Shown here one piece after another: positions 52,271-64,000 of a DNA stretch of 64,000 nt. The translations under genes were made by a program, and so were the position numbers. Source of the DNA: Camelus ferus (taxonomy: Eukaryota); NCBI RefSeq assembly GCF_009834535.1, contig NC_045697.1, positions 44,394,001 to 44,458,000 on the forward strand. The letters run 5' to 3'. Below the pieces are notes generated by a model that was not told the origin of the DNA, searched no databases, and worked only from the letters and a program-made list of their open reading frames with translations. Every line of letters starts with the position of its first letter. Position 1 is the stretch's first letter.

Positions 52271-55200
52271 GCAATTTAACAAATGACTCCTCCACACAGA
52301 TGGTGAGTTCTGATCAGAAATTTCAAGGAAGGAAAACTGGCAAGAGAGGAGACACTGTAGGCTGACATAAAACACACGTGCAAACAGTGGAAGAACCGAG
52401 CAAGTCAGTGTGGGAGACAAGACACAGGTCTGTGGTCAGAGAGATGGGGCATACTTGGAAAGACAGAGCAAAACCGGGGAAGAACCTGAAACACATCTTT
52501 GGAATTTAGGTCTGGTGTAATATGAAACCCCAGCAGTTTCTCAACCTTTGGAAAGCAGTCACAGGAAGAGAATGCATTAATTAAAGGGCAGCAGTACTAA
52601 GAAAGAGTAAACGGGGTAGAGTTTTCTCCACCACCTACCTACCTCCTGTGAAAGGAGTGTCACCTCCAGAGCAAAAAAGTGCTCAACAATCCTCCTCAGG
52701 CAAACTCGGCAGAAGCAACTCAGTCCAGCAACAGAAGCACCGCCTTCCACTCACCCCTAGCTCCCAGCCTGACCGCCTCAAGCACAGTCCTCTTGACTAG
52801 CAACCCAGGATCTCCACCAAGTTGAGCCATCACGATCTACGTAGGACTTGACCCTAGTTAGTTGCTGTTCCGCATTCAGCCTACCAAGAAGACCATGGGG
52901 CAAATTTTGTCCCTAAGCATCTCTTTGCCCTAATTGTACAATATTAAGACACTTATCTAATACTTGCTGATTTCAAACTCTGGACCTCTTTTTTTCCTCC
53001 AAAGGGAAAAAGGCTTGCCATTCTCTCTTTATACTTGAGTATTATTTGGGATATCAACTCAGTCTCCTACTCTGCCTTGGCGATGGAATTCTGGACACAT
53101 GGTACCAAACTCAGGACCAGAGATAACAAAGGAGAGCAAGGCAGCAGTCAGCTGCCCGGCCCCATCCCAGCTACCGGTAAGCCACGTTCTGGCCCTACTG
53201 CCTAACTGGGCGCGGGGCTTACAAAAGCTGAGGGGCAGGAATAAAACCGCCTGGCGGAGGACTCAGAGGGAGCCAGCTTCATTCTGAGGCCACCTTGGAG
53301 ATCATCTAGTCTCTAAGGAGAACAGGAATAGTTTCTAGGACTGCAACCGAAGGAAACGGCTTAAGGGAAAAGAGAAAGACCTGAAATTACAGATGTACTA
53401 TGATGCCAACTAGAAACAAATGTGGCTAAGGACAAGAACATGAAGAAACTGTCAGTGGTCTTCAGACAAGGTTTACAATTATCAGTAGTAACCAAAAAGC
53501 AGGGAGTAGGGCGATAATCTGGGGGTCACAAATTGAATCAAGAATTCAGTCCCAGAATGCTCAGGACAGGCTGACTTTGTGGGGAGCTCCAGTCACAAAG
53601 CAGATCTCTAATTCTAAGCCTGCAGAAACTTACCATTCAAAATGCTAGGGGAATAAACACAGGGCAAACCACAGATTTTCATCTCCAAAAGCCCACTTTA
53701 TGTGAATGATAAAGAAAAGCAATTCACAGGTGAAACCAGTTAAACTCACCAGAACAAGGCCTATCTCTGCATAAGGAGTGAGACAAAGCAAAAGGTCTTC
53801 AAATGATCATTCCTCACAGAAACGCTGGCATTCCTTAACCTACACAGACAGTAAAACAACTTCCCCACCCCACCACTCTAAGCCCTGAAAAGCCATTCAA
53901 GGAAGAGGGTAAAATGTAGCTTTAAATCAGTAAATGGTTTCTACACAGAAATACGACAGGCAAACATTTACAGTACATCGACCATTCAAAGCAGAGGCGG
54001 GAGAAATGGCTGTTGTTAAGGCTAATGCTCCCTTACAGCACACTGATGTGGCCTGGCTACCTGGTTACCGAGGGACCCCTGAAGCCATGTGTCCATGAGT
54101 CTGTGTGTCTCTCCTTCAGTGCAGTCAGACATGAAAATGTAAAGCTTTCCAGGATGTAGAAAAATGAGAGGACAGTTTGTAGAACTTTTGACTTACAGAG
54201 GATGACCCAACCAGGACATGCAGGACAGGGGCAGGTCCCCACTAAATCTGCTGAGCCTCCAAAACTCAAAATAACAAATGGCTGTTTTTTGGTTTTTTTT
54301 TTTTGGTACCATCTACCTAGATCAAAAATTCCAGTCTAGATTCAGCCAGACCTGAAATTTAACAAAGACATTAGCAATTACTGAATGTCTACTGTATGTC
54401 AAGTAAAATTAAGCCTGTCTACCTCTTTTTCCCTGGAAAACATATCTTAACTTCTTGAAGGTATTAGATGGCCAATGCTGGTTAAGACTTTTTTAAAAAA
54501 AACCATTTAGCAAATTAGTATATACTTGCTTGTATGTCTACAACCTTTACCTAACACAATAAACCAAAGCTCAAGGGTCAGCAGCAGAAAGAATATACTC
54601 ACACACACTAGCACAGATAGATGCCTTTGCCAGCAACCACAAACTGCCTCTGGGCCCTATCTCTGAAAGTCCCAGTGAGCGGGGGTGACTCTGGTTCTGT
54701 GACAACAGCAGAAGGGATGGAGAAAGGCATGTAGCCTACAGACTACTGGAACCATTCCCCCCAGGGCCCAGCAGCCCACTAGGCAGGAGAGCGCCCGCTG
54801 CTGTCTGCCCCCTTTCCCTGATTCCCTCCCCGAGCCTAGTGTCAGAGCAGCTGTGCAATAAACAAAGCCCTGTTCTAGGGGTAAACAGAGGGTAAAACTT
54901 GTGATCCAAGGTGAGTGGAAGAAACACAAAAAAGTAGAACTGTCCTCCAATACAGGTGCAATTATAAACATGCCACAAGTAAGCTCCTGGGAGATGCACA
55001 GACTCTAAGGAAAATGACACAAGATCAAAGGCTGCAGCCAGGAGGGGGAAATCTGGGAAAGCCTAGCCAACCAGGGCAGAGACCACCCACCTCCCCCGGC
55101 ACCCTCCCCGTCTTCACCTGCTGCTACTTGCTTCCTTCTTCACTACTGGTCAGTCCTGTAATTCTCTGTAGGACTCACATTCTCACATGCTTGAGTACAT

Positions 55201-55282
55201 CTTATATTTGGTCAAAACTACTCTTGAAATTACTTGAATTGCCAATATTGTATAGTATATGCTGTTTTATACATTCAGCCCT

Positions 55283-55385
55283 GGGGAGGGTATAGCTCAG
55301 TGGTAGAGTGTGTGCTTAGCAGGCATGGGGTCTTGAGTTCAATCCCCAGAACCTCCATTAAAAAAAATAAAAATACAAAATAAAT
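55283..55385 (+). mobile_element. tRNA-derived camelid-type SINE, short form
   Basis: ggggagggtatagctcagtggtagag...; TSD core TATACATTCAG at 55268-55278 and 55388-55398. Confidence 0.88.
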
Positions 55386-56065
55386 GCTATACATTCAGTC
55401 CATATAGTGAAAACGCACCACAGATAATGAAGAGGGCCAGGCTGGGTAAAAAGGATGTCTGTCTTTAAACAAGTGAACCGTGTGCAGCGGGGCTGAGGTT
55501 TACATTACGAGAGGTGCCCGGGGACTGAGGCCATCTGAGGGATGACGAGGATGAGACTCCCCACCGAGGGCGGTGCTCATCAGCTGGCACGACAATGAGG
55601 CAAAATCGCTCCAGCTGGAGTCCTCTCTCTCTCTTTTCCTGCTGAGCGCATGCAGCTGATCTCACTGCTGTCAAATACATTTGATGCAGGTCCACTGTGA
55701 CTTTATCGTCCTGCACTAGCCACGCACCTACTCTCATACTCTTGCCTGCAAGCCCCTTCCCACCGTTACATCTGCCTTTTGTTATTTTCCCGTTTCATCC
55801 GTGTGCGCATGCACACAGAGGGAAGATGGGGAACCGAGGGTGAGGAGCTAAAATGAGAAGAATCAGTCTTCCCAATGCCACCTCCCCACACACAAGCCCA
55901 AGGATGGCTAAATGGAGAGGGAGGTGGGTCGGTTGGTTCACTGTTTGCTTTTATAAACCTGTTTCATTTTTCAGGGCTTCCCACATGAACTTTCTTTATG
56001 GAGGCAAAGTGTTTGCAATGCCAGGCTCATCTACCCTGGGGTGTACAATGCAAGAAGTCAGATTA

Positions 56066-56221
<156 letters not shown>

Positions 56222-57338
56222 CTACAAACACACACGAAACCCAGCCCCTCAGTCTCTCATCCATTTTCTCTGAAATACATGATGATCACAGTGACTTCAT
56301 CCACTCAGTAAATATTCCCTGTAAGTCTACTTCATGGAGAATTTTATGGAGGCTACAAAAAGTAATTATAAAGGAAGGTTTTTGTAGAAATAAACATTTG
56401 GAAGAAGACGACTATCAGTTCAGTGTATATAAGATCATTTTACAATCTTCTTGGTTTTCTTTCACTAGCATTAATTTTATATCCAAAATCTTTTAAAATA
56501 TATGCCCAACTTTCCATCCTATAAAACACTATATGCCCTCAAACTACTTATTGGACTGGGTTTCACCCCGATGCAAGGTTCTGAACATTGTCCTTTTGAC
56601 CCCAGAATGATCAGATTTCTCTAACCTGCCTCATTAATAAGCTGTTACTTTACTTTCAAGAAACTTTCATTTTCTAATTAAAACATCTTGAAATTCTACC
56701 CAAGAGCTAGTATATACCTTTGACATCTTAGAAATAATTGGGATCAAATATAGAACTTACTGATTTTAACCAAAAGTAATTAAAATAAGTCCACATTTAG
56801 GATCAACTATTATAATATGATCTTTTGAATACTTTCAAAACTTTTCACAAACTAAAAACAAGCCTAACAGTACTCAAAGATAAATTAAAGTAATATTATG
56901 ATTTTCAAAATTAAAAATGGTTTTGCACATTTTCTCTCTCAAGTTTGCCTCACACTGAGCAACTGGAGAATAGTTTTTATTACTGAACTCAGGAGGTAAC
57001 CATGGTGTCTTGTCTACTATCACCTTATTGTCTGTCTCATCAGAGACAGCAGAAAAGCTTATTACCTGTATCCACAGAAGTGTTACCAAACAATTAAAGG
57101 GTTTTATTACTGATTTAATATTTGTTTTAGAGCTAAGATGAAAAGCAGGAAAGTAAAATGAGACTATGACACTCTCCAAAGCCAAAGTGTTCTCTGCACA
57201 CGGTAGAGGATCAATAAATATTTATTTTTAAAAAACAGTTGGCTGAGTAACCTATTGTGTACACTGAGTTCAGCCTATACTCAGTCAGCAGTCTTTTTAG
57301 AGTCCTAAATGTATTCCCTTTTCCAGCGACTACCCTGT

Positions 57339-57353
57339 CCTCCAGGGGGCGCA
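57339..57353 (+). promoter_or_regulatory. Candidate CTCF site (ENOPH1 intron 4)
   Basis: CCTCCAGGGGGCGCA, one mismatch to CCACCAGGGGGCGC. Confidence 0.55.
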
Positions 57354-57729
57354 GAGACTGTGAGACAGAAAACTAGCAGGACTTTCCTCAGGTACAACAA
57401 GAAATGTTAATAAGCGGCCTGAACTTATCACTGTGTAACAACACGCCTGGTTCTCCTACAGAAGAATGCTGATTCTGCTAAAATAAAACCTGTCTCTTTC
57501 TAAAGTACCAGAAACAAATGAATCCACCCTGTACTCTTCCACATTCAAGAAGTCTGTGTGCCTTTTTGGGGGGCACGGTGGCATGTGCCACTATTTTATA
57601 CCTTACTTGATAACTTTAATAACCAAAAGAAGCATGTCATTAATTGCCTTTGGGCTGATGATCTAATACTGACATGAGAGCTGATTTACCAGTTAGCTCA
57701 TGATTATTCAGCTGTGATTGACACATACA

Positions 57730-57910
57730 TAGCTGGTTCTAATACTACTGTCATCAGAATCACTTAGGGGGTGGTATTTAAAAACACAGATTCCTGACCC
57801 ACACCCCAGACCTGCCGATTCAGATCTGCTAGGAAGCGGGGCCCCGGGATCTACATTTTTAACAAACTCCCCAGGTGATCCTCATGTACAACAAAGTTTA
57901 AGAAACTCAA
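57730..57910. mobile_element. MER5-like hAT relic
   Basis: catcagaatcactt...cagattcctgacccacaccccagacc...ttttaacaaactccccaggtgat. Confidence 0.72.
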
Positions 57911-58059
57911 GCAAAGACTGGTACCACAGAAACATTTCACCCTTCCATAGTGTAGTCTCCCGCGTTCCCACTCCTCTTACAACCTGCACAGCACATGTAC
58001 ATGCACTTACCTGAACGCTGATTTCACTTATAACAGCAGCACTCACACTCACTATTTTA

Positions 58060-58254
<195 letters not shown>

Positions 58255-59478
58255 TTAAAATGCAGGAACATGTTATCTAGCCAGATGAAATCCAATCAGA
58301 CAGCTGCCACCAGTTTCTCTATTTGTGCCCAAATGGTCACCATGAAAAGCAACTCCATGAGACTGTGGACTCCTGCAGATCTAATAAGTGTGTCCCTGGA
58401 GTTTCAGGATCACAGCAGATTAGAAGCAGCAATTTAGGTGAATAGAATAGTTTTTGACAGAAAGCCACACTAATGACAGTAAAAAGTGATTAGATAAAGA
58501 GATGAAATAAGAAAGAGGATTCCTCAGGAATTCAAAAAAGCAAACAACAATAATACTGGAATATTGTGTAATTGTTGATGTAATTCATGACAAGAAGAGG
58601 TTCAATTATGTTCAGTGTGCCTTAGGAACACATGGAAATGCTGCTAGAAAGATATGCAACCAAACAATTAAAAAAAAAAAGTATGGGGCTCAAAGCTATT
58701 AATTTTTGTTTAGTTAGAAAACAGAAATATATTTCTTGAGAACTAAGAAAACCTGAAGTTTTATTATACAGTAAAAAAAAAAAAATGTAACAAGTCAGTT
58801 AAGAGACTTGTACCATCTCACGTGAGCTATCAGCAAAGTGTCTGGTTTTCTGATTCCTGACATAGTCTTGTTCACAGTTTCACATGTATTCTGTTCAGTG
58901 GTGGAAACAATGTCACAGGAGATGGGTGAGAAGAGCAGCACATGAACATGGGATGTGGAACCAGTAGTCACCCTTAAAAGATGAACTGGAAAATGTCAGA
59001 GAAGTCTTCTACTGGATAAAACAGTTTAATTCATTGCACGAACTGAAGAAAAGAGATTAACTACTAGTTCAAAACCAGCACACATAACTGAGTTACTTTG
59101 CGTGTTACTTTGCACTCATAGAGACAGGATTTTTCTGTGTTGCATTTACAGATTGTTATTGCTCCAAAGCAGGACTTAGAAGCCTAAGATGATTTATTTC
59201 AAGCCCTTGGTTTTATAATTAAGGAACCAAGACCAAGAGAAGGAGGGGCTAACACCTGCGAGCATAGGCTCCTAACTCCACATTTTTTAGTGCTTCCTAA
59301 AGTGAACTAGCTGATATTCCCAGATCGCTGGCCTATCCTGAAATTCCAAAGCATCCTTAAAAGGTGGAAGCCCCTGTAAAGTACATAAAGGAAAGGCATC
59401 TCATTTGGCAGAAAAACAAAAGAAATACAGGCAGCTAGTAACAGTCTTGGATCTTAGGTTTACATCAGATAATGGCCT

Positions 59479-59620
59479 GGGCGGGAGGGTACGGCTCAGC
59501 GGTAGAGTGTAGGGCTTAGCATGCACAGGGTCCTAGGTTCAATCCAAGTATCTCCATTAAAAAAATAGATAAATAAATAATCAAACCTAATTACCGCCCC
59601 CCAAAATTTAAAAAAAAAAA
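59479..59620 (+). mobile_element. tRNA-derived camelid-type SINE, long-tail form
   Basis: A and B boxes, aaacctaattaccgcccccc tail, poly(A); TSD AGATAATGGCCT / AGGTAACGGCCT. Confidence 0.88.
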
Positions 59621-60205
59621 AGGTAACGGCCTAAAATCTTTAGTGGCAGTGACTTATTAAGAACTTCTTAGCAATACAGGACTCATGAAGACTCCTTCGG
59701 CAGGAGAGCTCTCAGGAACTCCATAATCAAGACGCCACAGTCTGTGGAAGTTGCTGTATAAGCCCAGAACAGAGTGGCACTGTTGACACTGAGTAATCCC
59801 ACAGTGACAGTGACAGGGTGCATAACTTCACAGCATTCTTACTTCTCCAACAGAACAGAAAGCAGGTAACCTCATGGTCCTGGGAAGCAGCCCAACAGTG
59901 CTATCACTCATATGCTAAGGATCACACATGACTCAGTTCCGGGAGGCTGCCGTTTTCTAGGAAGCTGTTCTAGACTGGGATGAAAAGTCTTACAAGCATC
60001 ACACAAAGACAGACACTGGTTCTGGGGTATTTATCTGGTGAAGTGCTTTGGCCCCAGCCTTGAAAAACGAAACGAAACGAAATGAAACACTTGTTAGAGT
60101 AAAAAGAATGTTGTTTTTATCTACTTTATAAACCATACAACTTACACGAGGACTAGTGAAAAACGTATTTGCTTTGGGGGCTGGTGGAGTGTTTAGAGTC
60201 ACTTA

Positions 60206-60457
<252 letters not shown>

Positions 60458-60627
60458 TCATTTTTAAAAAGATCCCTTAAGTGATATCCAAAAACTTGCC
60501 AACCAACTTTCTCTAACTACCATTAGCACTGAAAAGCACTATTACAAATTAAAGTATCCTACACTCTGGCGCTGATCTGAATGATTCCTAAAAGAAACTG
60601 GATTGTAATGAATAAATGTACATTACC

Positions 60628-60800
60628 AGGGGAAGGTACAGCTCAAGTGGCAGAGCGCATGCTTAGCATGCATGAGGTCCTGGGTTCAATCCCCAGTACC
60701 TCCACTGAAAAACTAAATAAATAAATAAACCCAAGTACCTCTCCATGGCACATAAACAAAAAGTTCTAAAAAATTAAATAAAATTATAAACTTCTAAAAA
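60628..60800 (+). mobile_element. tRNA-derived camelid-type SINE, long-tail form
   Basis: A and B boxes; TSD AAATGTACATTACC (60614-60627) / AAATTTACATTACC (60801-60814). Confidence 0.88.
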
Positions 60801-61952
60801 AAATTTACATTACCTTTCCTGTATTACTAAAGCTGAACTTAAACCGAGAGGCACGTCATATGTGAGAAGAGAGACAGCACTTAATGATAAAATGATACAG
60901 TAAGACCTGGTTTGTCGATTCACTTACTAGGATCAACAAAACAGGACTTCAATTAAATCTGACCCTCTACTCTGCACTGTAACTAACTGAGGAAGAAATA
61001 AAGAAGATCTCAGTGAAACTAGTTGATGCCTAGAATTCAATGAAAAGCAGCCAGGAAAACAATGTCTGGGGTTGGTTCACATTCGGTATCCTGCAACCTC
61101 CCACATCTTGCAAAGACCCTAACAGCTATTTAGAACAACGGCCCTGTGACAATGCACATGTCTAATCCCTAAAAACTCAAGGATTTATATACTACAAAGG
61201 GAGAATATGCAGGTATGTTTCAACAAAAAGAGTTGAGACAACAAAAAAGTTAAAAGAGGGGAGTGTTTCAGACCCCCCGGAGTTATCCAGAAAATTCAAC
61301 AAACCCAAATACACTATGCCCCTTTCAATCCTAATATTAAAAAAATAAAGAGAAACTTCCACATTGTCTGATGTAAAAAATTAACTGGAAAATAACTGCT
61401 GGAGAGTTAGGTCTGCACAGTTTATAAGATTTCTGCCACTAAAGCAATTTTAACAAGAAAAACAGAACAGGAGTTCCACAACACACAATGTGGAAGGAGA
61501 AAGACTGCAACTGGAGAGAGATCAGAGCAGAACAGAGCACATGCAATGAAGGCGGTAAGAAGGCTGGGCCAAGTGTCCGCTGGGGTGAGAGGTCTGTGAG
61601 GGCCCAGGAGCTCTGTGGAGGAGCAGCCAGGGCTCTTGCCACGAGAAGGTGAAGATGGAGAATGAGTTGACGAGGTGCTATCGCCCGGAGACATTCACGA
61701 AAAATGTGATGAGATGACACAAAATCTTTTCGCATCCCACCCAAAAAAGGCTTAGTTTTACAAATGCATGATAATTTCATGCAATTGAAATAGCTCCAGA
61801 AATAGGCCATGGTGGAGACAATAAACTGCCATGATCTGGCCATTTAATTATGTACTGTAAATTCCTAAGCCAGCAAGTCACTGCAACTTCCATGCCCTGT
61901 GAATCCAGAGCACTTATTTGAAAATATGCTCAGAGCATAACCTAAGTCTTCA

Positions 61953-62535
<583 letters not shown>

Positions 62536-63234
62536 AGATGGCTAGACCGTAGGATTTTGAGGGCAAGGATGAGGTATACCCTGCTTACAGCTATATCTCA
62601 AAGCACACCACAGTACTTGGGACATGTACATAATTCAAGTATCTGCTGAAAGAATGGCGTCCATGTATGACAAACGTCTTAAAAATTACCTGATCACCAT
62701 GATTCTTTCTTGGTAATCAGAACACCTACAGAATACGCCATCAGAAGGTGATGTGCAAAACAATTCAGATATAAGTAACCTGTCAGTAACCAATGATTTC
62801 TCTTAGGTTAAAATGCATTTACTTGCAATTGTAGCACACGTATCTTTCCAAATCCAATGACGCATTCGATAAAATTTTAGTGTCGATTATATGCTAAGAT
62901 ATGCTAGTCCCTGAGTGGGGCATAAAGGCGACTGAACAGATAAACAAGTCACAATCCCTTTTCTCAAAAAGCTAATAAGCTTTTTAAGAACTTAGTGGGG
63001 GGAAAGGGGGGATGACAGGTAAACAAACAACTGTAATGTGGTACAACGGGTGAGACAAGCAGAGCATGCACAGAATGCTGTGCAGATCCAGGGTACAATG
63101 GCCCTGCAGCAGTCTTAGCAATAACCAGTCTAAAAAACAGAAAACAAACATATGCTATGAATGTAGGCCCCAGGTATATAATTCAGAGAAAGCCTTACAT
63201 TTTAAGGGAAACTATAATCAGGTGGAATCCAAGA

Positions 63235-63530
63235 AGTCTGTTTATTTAAATTTATTCATTCATTTATTCAAGTCTGTACTAAATGCCCAGTACAGGGCAG
63301 GCCTTTGTGGAAAGGGCTGAGGGTATAATTGTGAGCAAAACCCATGCGTGATCCCTAATCTCAAGGAGTCCAGTAGCAGAAACAGACATTAAACTTAAGA
63401 AAGTACTTTAATAAATGGTACAAATGAGAGGTACATACTACCATTAGGGCATAAAACAGGAAAGTCTGATCGAGTGAGGGAAGTCAGGGAAGGCTTTGCT
63501 GGAGAAGTGACCACAGAACTGAGACCTAAA
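63235..63530. mobile_element. L2 3' fragment
   Basis: ttcattcatttattcaagtctgtactaaatgcc...gtcagggaaggctttgctggagaagtgac. Confidence 0.65.
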
Positions 63531-64000
63531 GCAATGATTCTCAAAGTGAGGCCAGGACCTGCAGTCCTTTCAGAAGACCCAATTCTAAGTTCAACTTAAA
63601 TTGCAAATGAAAATACACAACACAAGAAAGTTATTATGGCTTTTTAAAAATGGTGGGACTTAAGTGGTTACCTCTCTTCATGATACATTATTCAAATTTC
63701 ACCTGCCCTAGAAAAAATAAAGAAGTCATTCAATTTTGCTTGTTCTGTGTGGCATTCCAGTAAGTAATGGATCACTCAGCAGATTCAGGATAAACAGTGT
63801 GATCAGGCAAAATTTTCAGCATACTTGACACAAAAGCCTTGCTTAAGCTCAATAAAAACTCATTCTTGGTCTTAAAGAAGGAAAACGAAGAGCTAAGATT
63901 GACAGCTTTCTCTTACCGCGAGAGATTCCTTTTACTGCGCTGATGTATTTCTGATTTTCTGCTTTTTCAGTTTTCCCATTATGCCCTCCCTATTCCTTTT

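Overview
Mammalian genomic DNA, most likely a camelid (alpaca, llama or camel), inferred from a lineage-type tRNA-derived SINE present in 9 copies and from young L1 3' ends. Two convergent spliced genes can be rebuilt by hand. (1) TMEM150C (Tentonin-3, DRAM/Frag1/Sfk1 family) on the + strand: complete 249-aa CDS in 7 coding exons, 20454..34515 (80+54+33+68+128+178+209 = 750 nt). Its non-coding first exon and promoter are not evident in the window. Its last intron (31600..34306) is a minor-spliceosome (U12-type, GT-AG) intron. (2) ENOPH1 (enolase-phosphatase E1, methionine salvage) on the - strand: exons 2-6 (62114..50760) plus the 3' UTR, with exon 1 beyond the right edge. The rest is intronic or intergenic DNA rich in L1, L2, MIR, MaLR/ERVL LTRs, DNA-transposon relics and SINEs. 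Most of the supplied short ORFs are spurious. I found no convincing new protein-coding system. The most notable unexplained structures are: a ~150-bp diverged direct repeat bracketing the exon that carries the U12 donor; a 5'-inverted (twin-primed) L1 with a multi-kb internal gap; two sites where retroelements inserted repeatedly into the same target, one with a short 3' transduction; a divergent pair of strong CTCF motifs; and a consensus alternative donor in ENOPH1 that would give an NMD isoform. Repeat family names come from recalled consensus sequences, and repeat boundaries are approximate.
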